A stretch of 63,972 bases of DNA, the filler included, from Choristocarpus tenellus KU-1152 (Eukaryota > Protista > Phaeophyceae), in the NCBI GenBank assembly GCA_964200185.2. It is 8 parts of 8 records of this genome, joined end to end, with 100 filler letters (N's around TTAATTAATTAA, not from the genome) between each part and the next. Parts side by side here need not be neighbours in the genome. Positions count along the whole stretch, not along the records: positions 10,393 to 17,087 come from CAXNAD020007551.1; positions 17,188 to 20,617 come from CAXNAD020020080.1; positions 20,718 to 33,457 come from CAXNAD020001723.1; 5 more parts are not named here. One strand, 5' to 3'. Under the pieces are notes generated by a model. It ran no database searches. It had not been told where the DNA came from and saw only the letters and a list, made by a program, of their open reading frames with translations. The position numbers and the translations under genes are program-made. Every line of letters begins with the position of its first letter. The first letter of the stretch is position 1. Positions 13,501 through 23,800 of this stretch are shown in pieces.

Positions 13501-14055
13501 AGCGATCACAGTGTGCAACAACTCCTTCGTCTCCTCCAGGTCTTTGTCACCACACTTGCAAGGCAGTAGGGGAACAACTCGAATAGCTGTAAGAAGTCAA
13601 CGAAAACTAGGTTAATACATCTCACATATAATATAGGCTTAAGCGCACCTCTTGAACACGATTTCCAATACCCACCACCACAGTAGTACCTCCGCATACC
13701 GAGGGTTTCGGTGAAGCAACCCAGCATTCGCACCCCACGCCCCGACTTGTCCTAGACAATACAGCAAAAGAGCCCAAGAAAGCATGTCATTATCCCTCTG
13801 GCCAGAAAATGCCAAGGCGAAAGCCGGGGTCATTATGGATTGAAGTACGATAAGAAATATTTGAAATAGAAATCCAGCGCTCCTGACTCTTCTGGTGGCA
13901 TCCAGAGCACCCCATCTGTGTCCAAGAAGATGCGAGATAGCCATCGTGAAAACCGCGAGACTTAGCCAGAATGAAAAAGTTTCGGTGACGCAGAGGGTGG
14001 GGCCATGTGATAAGTTCCATCCCCATCCGCCACGATCGCAGTACCTCCTCTCCAT
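10530..14055 (-). CDS. Multi-pass membrane protein with PX and DEP domains, 3' truncated by contig end
   Basis: Hydrophobic N-terminal exons at 14055-~13200 (splicing there is not fully resolved). PX-like: EWRVWRSGSDALTLYDSLALQFG...RVKRPLL...DAKSLGAFLRHLLGQRQFLS|TEIREFLG. DEP-like across exons 11484-11048 and 10723-10530: FVRLRCIDRAITGEQ|VVRWLVSSCGDCKGNRTEAVRLGSEMVSCGLLLPI. Confidence 0.7.
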
Positions 14056-14290
14056 CAGGCGACTCCACTACTGTTACTATTATAGAGGGGAGGAACGTTG
14101 TGGGGTATTATCAAAAAGGTGTATCATTTCTGTTAACAGACGCCATCCACGGAGTGGTCCAAAACTTGATCAGCACACCTCTTTATCCTTGACACTCTTT
14201 CCTGGAGGTTTCGTGTTCCAACCAACTCCCGTAGCCACGCCCAGGACGTACTGGGGGAGATTCATCCCCCAGGACGACCGAACAGAAGTC

Positions 14291-16711
14291 ATGGAGGACG
14301 AGTGGTACTCAGGCGATTCAGTTGACGGGTTTAAGGGATATGGGAGCAATGTGCCCTCAGGGGTGGGAGCTGGAATTCGGAAAGGAGGAGGACGTACATA
14401 CGGAGATTCCTTCACGCCCCCCTCTTCAAAACAGGGGATGGTAGGCAATGAGGTGAATTTAGATAGATGGGACGCGAGAACAGGAATGAACTCGTTGTCA
14501 TTGAGGTCGTCCTGACTTTGTCTGGATTCTTTGTATAACAGTACTAGTGGTGGTACCTCTGCGCAGCGATCTATACAGTTCTTGTTGCGCGTAGCTTGTA
14601 CGCTTTGTCAGCTCGAAGAGGCTGCTGACAATCAGCTCCTGCAACTGCCTTTGATTATGTAGTTCTCAACTTGTTTATTGCATCCTAGATGACTCTGCTC
14701 CTCTAACAAGATGCAGGTAGGGGAAATCACGTTCTATTGATCGTTAGCGAAGCGGCAGGCTCAATGAGATGGAAGCGTTGCTGGTGAGGAAGTCAATATA
14801 CAGCCCTCGAGCCCCAGAATCCATCTCGTAAGCCCCATTGACTCCAACTTGATGCTCAACAAGAGCCTTGGCCTTTGGCGACTTCCCTTGTACTTTTTCT
14901 ATCTTTTTTCGCCGAAGAGGTTTCCAAAGATTTTACCAACCCTCTCCCATCTGAAAATTTCATTGAATGCCTCATTTTCCCTACGTACTTGTCATGGAGA
15001 ATGAGTGTGCTCAAGCTCACAAAGGGGTTGTTTTCCCACACTCCAATACCCTCCCCCCCGTCTGATCAAACTACCTTCCTCTTTTTCCCTATCGGACTCC
15101 TCATATTTTAAAGAAGTTTGGGGACGACTATGGTGGCATGAGTGGGGTTGGCGGAGGATTGGGGATTGGGGGTCCTGCGGTTGGAGGGGGTTTAAATGCA
15201 GAGGATGGTGAAGATTACGAGAACGAACCACCTCTCATGGAGGAGCTGGAGATCAATTTCGAGCACATCTGGTCAAAGACAATGGCTGTTATTCTCCCAA
15301 CGAAGAGCATTGATATCAACTACTTGGTAAGCTTTTAATGCTGTTTTTTGTCCACAGAGTTGTTTGAGCTGAATTTTTTGTCACAAGGAAATGTTTGCAC
15401 TCTCAAATTGAGAGACTCTTCTCGGGAGTGCGATGGAGAGGGAGGTTAGAATAGGAATGAGATAATGGAATTGTTTCATTCAATATCAATATGAAATAGA
15501 CAAATAAGATTGACCCGAGCATATGCTGGATTTTCAAATATCCCTTGTGCTTTGAAGACATTGAGTGTGCTGATGTCTGTGAAAGAAGTGGTAAGGTCTG
15601 TTGATGCTTGCAGTGTATTAGTATATGAATACGAGTGAGGGTCAAAGGTTTGATATTGATGAAGCATTGCCTGCTTTGCACCCACCTGCATGTAAGTTGA
15701 AACTCGGGAGTGTTGATCAGCTTCACCCACAGGTGTGTTAATTCTGGAAGAGGGAGAGGAGTTAAAGGATGAACTTGGGTGCTAACTTGGGCTTGTGACA
15801 CCATGCATTAATGTAACATCAAAAAGGAAGGGATATTACAGCAACCTTCCTCTACCGATTTTGCTTGTGGTAATCCTGCCGATGCATTGTCAAATATTCA
15901 CAGAAGTAGGTGTTACACAGAGTGTGCATGATGCCTACCTATTTAGACTTGTATTGAATATCGTTATTATCTTTTTTAGGGTAATGTGATCACCCTTTGT
16001 ATAAATAGTTCCGAACATGCAGAAAACCGGTTCACAATATCCGATAAATGTGCTGCTAATATCTCCCACCACAGCACTATAATTGCCTGTTTCTACCCTC
16101 ACACTCATTGTACATTTACCCACTTACTTGCACTCTTCATCTCTCCTTGCATTTTAGCCAAATCATTTGCATTAACCTCCCGCTTTCATGCATTTTTATA
16201 ATGGCCTGCCCACCTCAAGGCCCTAATACCGACCAATCACTATCAAACCTAACTTCAACATATTCATGTTGTTCTTTAACATAATTATCTTCGGAGAGCA
16301 AGTCACTTTTTGAAGAGGAGACATACCAGGCTCTATTACTACATAGTTTTCAAAACAAAGGGTTTTTTTCTAAATCCTTCATTGTAAAATCAAGCAATGT
16401 ACTTACACATGAAGGTAATGACTTCAAAAACCATACATGTGACACTGGCTCAGCAAGTTCAATATGCCCCATACAGTCACTCCTCCGCCATCGCCCCATA
16501 GAACTGCGCCTTGCCTGTGATCTCTCCATCAGGACAATACAGACCTGGCAGGACCATTGGTGTTCTGCCTGTGCTTTGGGATGTGTCTCCTATTCAAGGG
16601 GAAGTTGCACTTTGGGTACATATATGGGTTTGGCGCCTTTGGGTGCATTGCTACCACGTGCGTGCTCAATCTCATGGGAGATAAGCCCATTGATGTGTGG
16701 AAGACGGGGAG
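14291..16711 (+). CDS. YIPF5: Yip1-domain Golgi/ER membrane protein (YIPF5/YIPF7-like), 3' truncated
   Basis: Exons 14291-14440, 15114-15326, 16533-16711. Family motifs [24 protein letters not shown] and [13 protein letters not shown]...[10 protein letters not shown]...VLNLM. Confidence 0.92.
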
Positions 16712-17087
16712 GTGAGTGAGAGTCAACCACAAACAAGTACTGCACATAATAATAATAATATAATAATATGGAGTGAAGTGAACCAACCATGCTTGCACTT
16801 ACGAAGTGGACGGCCAGCTACATGTTGTAGGGCGTGGGGGGGAAAGGGTATACTAGTATGTTATTGGTAGGGGAGAGTAAGGCCTGCCCCATTGTAGACA
16901 AAGTGCGTTGTTGTATTCCTGAGTGTGTGCCTTATGTTTGTGGTGGGGAACTTGAAAAGGTGGTAATGCTAGATGTTTAGGTCGGAGGCAAGAGTCCTTG
17001 CGTGAACACTGCAACTTCATATTGTTCACACCCCTCCTGTAAGTAGCTGGAGGAGGAGAAGTGGGGTACCACTAGGGCATCGAGATG

Positions 17088-17187
17088 NNNNNNNNNNNNN
17101 NNNNNNNNNNNNNNNNNNNNNNNNNNNNNNNTTAATTAATTAANNNNNNNNNNNNNNNNNNNNNNNNNNNNNNNNNNNNNNNNNNNN
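17088..17187. other. Artificial contig spacer
   Basis: N44-TTAATTAATTAA-N44. Confidence 0.98.
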
Positions 17188-20100
17188 TGTATCTCGACCA
17201 CACGAATGACACTCGCCGCGACCAACAGCCCCGCATATCCGAGAAAGAAATTGTTCTTGTTCTCTGAGACGCAGTTGTCGACCTGGCCAGTTTGGGGAGT
17301 TGGGAGCGAGGGAGGGATAGGCGTGAGGCAGATATGTCAGCCCATTTCGCCGCGTTTCGTGGAGGAACAGGGCATGTTTCCAGTAGTGTTAGAGCGCAAT
17401 CTCTACATCACCGCCATCCTAAATGCAGGTTGCAACACACAAACCAAAACTAAAGACCGTGCAGTTAGTTACTTGGTGACCGGTATTCAGCGAGTATGTG
17501 TTGAGTAGGTCATGTCAAGATGAAACTTTCTTACTTGCCAATGGGCGTGCTGGTTGATGCAATTCCCCGTGTGATTGAGGCTGTTGTTGTACTTGTCGAT
17601 AAGCCTTGTGAGGGCAAGGTGGGTGGCTGTGCAGAAAAGGTTACAACCTGCGCGAACGATGATGTCCGTCATTAGTTGGCAAATAGTACTCTGCTTACTT
17701 GCGCATTGTTTAATTGGAGCTAAAAAGAGGGGTAATGGAATTTGTTTTTGCAATGTAGAGCACATACACCCGAATGGCTGATATACATGTCTTTGGGTTT
17801 TCCTCCTCGTTGATTACCTCTTACGCTCCTCTCGCCCTTCCGAAGCTGAGGCGTAGGAGGGCAGGGGAGCAAAGCGCATCATCAGTTAATCGACTGTTCA
17901 CTAGGCCTGCGGTATCTGTAGGCACATCGTGTAAGGATGTACTCGTCCTTGGGTATCTAATCTACAGCAGGTCCACTCGCCACAATGGTAAATCAAGTGG
18001 TGCGTGCGCAACCAGCATCTATTCAGTCATGTGATTGTTTGCCACAACCCATAATACATACCTCCTCCAAGATTGATAGGAGTGAAGAACACCTCCGCGA
18101 ACTGGCCTTCGACGTGTGCGGCCATGATCTTCTGGCGCTCGGAGTAGCCCCTGATAAGAAGGACATGAACCAAAGAAACGTCTAAAGAAAGGTTCTACGG
18201 TGCGTCATCATTCTGATGAACGGAATAGGTAGTGGAACTATGTGCGTCTGTTTTGGCGGTTATTTCTTGGGACTTTGCACTCATTCATAGAATAAAAGAG
18301 GGTCGTCTATTCTGTTCTGCGTACAGCTGCAAACTTGTTGACAGATGGACTATGCGTGCGTGTGGTTACCTGTCACTGCCGTGGGTAGGTGGGTAAAGTG
18401 CTGGGAGGGCATGTGATGTCTGGTTCGCGGCGTCTACGGACATGAACGCGAAGCCGAGAGGTTTGCCGTCGGTTTTGGCCCGCATGTCGCTGCTGGTGCT
18501 GTTGGCGATGACCACCCGATCCGCTTGGATAATCTGGCGAATGAGTGAAAGTATCTTAGAGGGTACGAGTTTTTCCCTGTTTGTCCATTTGGGACTTGGC
18601 TTCCCATGTATTTTTTTATGACATTTACCCACTCCAAAATGTTTAGGAGTAGGCAAAATTTATAGATTACGAAAGGTGTGTCCGGAACATGGATATTGAC
18701 ACTTCCTAACAAACACAATATCCAAAATTACATCAAAATCGCAACATTGTATTTTGGTCCCCAAATGGACGCGGCTCTACCCTCTAAGATACTTTGACTC
18801 GAATGGGAGAGAGCAACATCACGTCTGTAAATCAAATAAATCTTCTCAGAGTTGTAAAAAAATGGTCACTTGTTAACACGTATCAGGTTAGTAACAAAAA
18901 TGGAGTGTAGGTAACAATAAATATTTGTCTTTGGATATGATTTTTATTGCTGCGTTCAAGACAAACACAGTATTATCGGGATGGTAGGAAGTACGTACGT
19001 ACGGGGCTGTGTCTCCGCTACATGACCTGTCCCTCCCACAGTCCATTGTAGACGACCAGGAAGCAGTCTATCATACAAGGTGTTTGGGCAGCTAATAACA
19101 ACATTTTTGCAGCGAGTGAGACTGCTGCTGCTGCCATAAGCACCTGCATGGGAGTCTTCATTCGCAAAAGGCAACAGATGTTCTTTCGAATGGAGGGCAA
19201 TGACAGCGACATGTTGCCACTGTACGCTTGTCGCAAAATTAACGCTGGACACCTACCTCTCGATGGTCTGACAGCTCCTTGTCGATGGACTCGAGGACGG
19301 TGGAGTCGTTCGTGGGTTTTACACCAGGCGCACCGTGCCGCTTCTCTTTTAACGTGACACACATGTCACATTTCATAAACTCACCTCCTACCCTCACCCT
19401 GATGTTGGGCCTGTCCTCTCTGAGCAATCGGAGGAAGTATGCCCTGCTTACCCACTTGGAAGGGTCGTCAGGATACACCCGTATTGCCTCTTTGCAAAAA
19501 TCCTTGTATAGCTCCTAATTAAAAATGTTGGTTGTGTGGGCAAGTGAGGAGTTATTGAGAAGGAACACTCGAAGAACACCCCTGCAAGATCTCTCGAAGG
19601 CGGACTGACCAATAACTTGACTGAGAACGCGGAAGACAGGATCAAGCAAGCTTACATCGTGCGTTATGAAAGAGCAAATACAATGATCTTCGTAAACCTG
19701 CCAGGAGCGTCATTCTGTTCGGGCCTCGTCGCCGTTTGCAGAAGCGGCAAAGGAGGCGAATCTACCATCATCATCATCATGATCGCGAAGCGCTTTAGAC
19801 ATACGAAGTACACACTTTTCTTACCAATGTCAGACCGGGTCCGGGGCCGCAGAGTAGGTGTACACGGCGTTGAAATAACAGTTATTGTGTCTTCCTTCGT
19901 AAAACGACGAAAAGTATCATCATCAACATTGTAGTCTCGACATAGCAAACGAAAAAAATAGCCCTTGGTACGAATCTTCACATGTTCTTTTAACCATAAT
20001 ATCAGACCGGTCAAGGTAATAAACATCCACCACTCGAAATACTACTTCGATCCACTTCTTCTACATACTGCTGGGTCACACGGTTTGCAACTAACTCCAA

Positions 20101-20300
20101 CACAGGGTGCGGCCAACCTCTCCACAACCAAGGGCAAAACCTACCTTTTTGTTCACGGCGTAGATCACAATTGTGGACTTGTGAGGCATGAACTGCCTGT
20201 ATGTATCAGCCCAGTAGTCTATCCAGGACATCACCAGGTCTCGCTTCAGAGCCATGTCCTTATCTTTGTTCGTGCCGTTCCTGTTCCGGTAGTGCACGTA
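17188..20300 (-). mobile_element. Intron-containing Sola-like DDD transposase gene, partial at both ends
   Basis: In-frame GT-AG exons ~20300-20145, 19514-19257, 18533-18370, 18150-18062, 17647-17535, 17282-17188. Motifs: SWIDYWADTYRQFMPH...KK|ELYKDF...SRAYFLRL...EFMKCDMC...DHRE|IIQADR...FMSVDAANQTSHALP...GGGCNLFC...AHWQ|VDNCVSENKNNFFLGY. These resemble the FxKCxxC / IDGMDQ / QxDNxxxENKN pattern of Sola-related transposases. Confidence 0.8.
18543..18800 (+). mobile_element. MITE family 1, 258 bp, with 4-bp TSD GAAT
   Basis: TIRs GAGTGAAAGTATCTTAGAGGGTA / TACCCTCTAAGATACTTTGACTC; GAAT at 18539-18542 and 18801-18804. Confidence 0.92.
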
Positions 20301-20617
20301 TGTATATAAATGAATGGGAGATGTGTTGGAGGCGGATACAAGGGACGGGGGATGGATTCCTAGAGGGATCATATGCCAGGACCGGATCTCTAATTTTGTA
20401 GATATTTACGCGTGGTAACTGCTGCAGTAGCGTGGGGACGGCCGGATGAGATGATATTGTTGAAGCACAAATAAACATATTACACGTGTATATACACACA
20501 TACGTAACACATAACTCCACGCTGGAGGGATCTATAACTTTGTACATCAGACATCTAGGCATGGTAACTGCAAAGTGAATGTGGTGAGTACGGTCGGATT
20601 GCATTGTTCTGAGATAG

Positions 20618-20717
20618 NNNNNNNNNNNNNNNNNNNNNNNNNNNNNNNNNNNNNNNNNNNNTTAATTAATTAANNNNNNNNNNNNNNNNNNNNNNNNNNN
20701 NNNNNNNNNNNNNNNNN
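20618..20717. other. Artificial contig spacer
   Basis: N44-TTAATTAATTAA-N44. Confidence 0.98.
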
Positions 20718-20744
20718 CCTCCCCCCCCCCAGGTACTTTGAGCC
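20718..20744 (+). mobile_element. Terminal fragment of MITE family 2 at contig start
   Basis: poly-C-AGGTACTTTGAGCC, the same as the right end of 24865-25043. Confidence 0.7.
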
Positions 20745-20871
20745 CCATGACACCAAGATATCCTGTTGGTGTACCACTTAGATACTCTCTGTGTTCTGCT
20801 TCTCCCTTGTTGTATAAATGAAGATTGCTTCAACCTTCAGTTGTCCTGTGGCCCCTCCTTAGGATCCTTAC

Positions 20872-23800
20872 CCAATATAATGAGGGCTTTCCCATCCCCC
20901 ATGGTGAACTCAAGCTTATCTCGAAGCTTGGAGTCATTGAGTGTGGTTGTGCCAAAGGAGGGAAGATTGGAGGACTCCTTGCTTCGAATCCAGCTCACTG
21001 CTTGTCCTTGGGGATCGATCATTAATGGGTACCTGATGGATTGCAATGCAAAAGGGGAGAATTTCATCTAGTGGCTAGTTGGTGACTACTGTCGGAGTGC
21101 TGAAACAGTGATTACATATCACAGAAAGTCTGTGCGCATTCCTGCAAGTCGGTAGATACAATAAATTCACAACTCTGCATAGGTCTTGGTAGTCTATCCC
21201 CGTTGTAGGAGTACATTGCATCGACACAGCTATCGGTGCATACTAGTATGGAGATTTTTTATTTGCTAAAACTGTCTGCAAAAATGCTTGCAAGCCATAG
21301 TGAATACCTTGAAGATCGCGTCACCAGAATGCCGTTCTGAATGGAAAGTGGATCTGTGGGGAGGCCTTGGATGTTCCAGTCTCCTATTGTGCCGATATCC
21401 ACAAGGAATGGGATAATATCCAAATTTGTAGTGACTGGGATGCTTCGCACCTTGGTTGACACACAGGAAGAAGCGGATACAATGTGTGAATATACATTGT
21501 GTTATTGGGGATCACCAAGGACATCAAGTGAGAAACTCATGGTGTACCAAATCTGAAATTATCTTAGCTCAACTGTGGACAACTAAGTTATATACAACAT
21601 TACCAAATTGGATGTGGAAGTTTGTCTCAAATCACCTCACCAGAGTGTACAATGGTATTCTATTGGTGCAATAAAATCCCAACAACTCAGAATGCAGTGG
21701 TTTAGCATCAGAAATAGGCCTTGAGAGATGAATTGCACTTAGAGACCAAGTGCAATGAGAGATAAGGGCAATGGGTAAAGGAGATAATTCATCTAGGAAC
21801 TGCAAAGAAGTTACAAACAGAAGTGAGATGCATGCATAATATACCAATATATCTTTCTGAAAAAAATCAAGAGAAACAAACCTGCAGGTCCGAGCTGAAC
21901 TTAGTGGTGACCATGTAGTGCCTGAACTCTTGATTAAATGGTCCACAATAGCTGACAAATGCCGAGCCCAATGCACAGTCACCAACAAGACGTCGCTTGA
22001 GATCAGCTGATTTCTCACTATCTTCTGTCCAACGGACCCGTTCACCAGCTAGTCCCCCAATCAATTCCGAAGCCTACTTGAGGGTAAGAGTGTGGGGGGG
22101 GGATCATTTGGTTTTTGACAAATTGATGATCTTGCAAGAGAGAGAAATGTAATATATTGTTAGCATAGTAGTTGCAGTTGCACAAGCAAATAATTGGTAT
22201 TAGGGAGAAAAACTCGCAGACTCGATTGATTATTAGATAGTTTGCTCTATGCATGGTCTCCAATAAATCCTACACTATCCAAGTTGTCTAAGTCATCTCG
22301 GATAATATTCCATATATATTGCAACAGGATTTTCGTCCTGAAATTATACCTCCCTTACACTCATGGGATTGCACAGAGACATGATGTCTGCACTTCTCTG
22401 CAACCCTTGACCAATTCCATCCCCTTCACACATTCTGTGTCTGACCTCTGCTTATATGTCCCAAAATATCATCACCACTTTGGCCCCTTCACCTGGCTCA
22501 TTTTCCGTTGAAGAGACATGGCTCCATCCTCAATGCGCTTCTTCTCTGCCATCTGGTTGTCAAACATTGTTTGTAGTTCTTGAAGGCGGTTAGTGCAGGC
22601 ACTCAGTCGCAATTCTGCTGCTGCCAAAGCCTGTCGCCAAAATGGTGGGGTATCATACACTAAGATGTGTGAATTGGGATGCTGAGGATATATTTGCGAG
22701 TTGAGCCAAATCAATTGAGAACTAGACAGGTTTGGACCTTTCTGCATCCTAAGCCATCTTTCTTACCCTGTGCAATGCACTCTATTTCATTGCTTCACGT
22801 CCACGATAGTGTATGAAAAGTTGACATCCCCTCTTTCTACAAATAAAGTTACACCACAACTCAGCAAAGGCTCTTTCTGCAAATGTATAAAATGGCATAA
22901 TTTTGCCCTTTCTCGGCATTCTTAAAATGGAACCCCACCTTCCTCTTAGTTGGTTTCACTTAGCTTACTGATCAGTATATCTCTTTGATCAAGGACAGAG
23001 TGATATTTGCACCTCCCAATAAGGCTTCAGTCAAGGAGTCCGGTAGCTTTAAGAATATACTTCATCAAATAAGAACATTAGCACCAACTGTATTCTGATG
23101 GTGCAACTGATGAATGTGAATGCTGACACGTGATTGGTATTGTGGAACAAGCCAATGCCTGTCTTTGGCCAAGGAAAGGTAATAATACGGAGATTCCTTG
23201 TTGCACTAGCTGCTTATGTTCCATGGGAGCTTTAAAAAATAGATTTCTTGTGGAATACAAGGTTTGAGAACAGAGAAAAAAGAAGACATGGAGAAACATA
23301 GATGCATTAATGAGGCTGTGACAAAATGCAAGAGATGAGAGAATGCAGGACAACAGAGGGCCTTACCTTATTGGCAGCTTCCATCTGGGCCTCGGCAACA
23401 GCCAGGGCCTCAAGCTTCGGTTTTACTATTTTGGACGCCTCATGGTAGAACTTCATCGCCTGCACCCAAGTGCACAGGCCTTCTGCAGCAGCGGAAGCAT
23501 TCTTGGCAACCTGTGGAGGGTGCAACATATGCAATGTGATACTGCTCGGTTGAGAAGGGATTGTAAAAAATGTCCATCGTTTATTGTCATTGTAGGTGGA
23601 TGAGCAATATGGGTATTGGGTTCTCAAAATCTGAACCTCTCTCCAATACCATGACATTATTATAAATGAAGAGTATCCGTGACAGATTTGTGATTTTCCG
23701 AAGACCTCTGTCTCAGCATTGCACAAGGATCAAACACTCACTTCATTGATCCCTATCCCCCTCCCGTCCCGAGCAACATGAACTTATCATTCTCCTTCAC

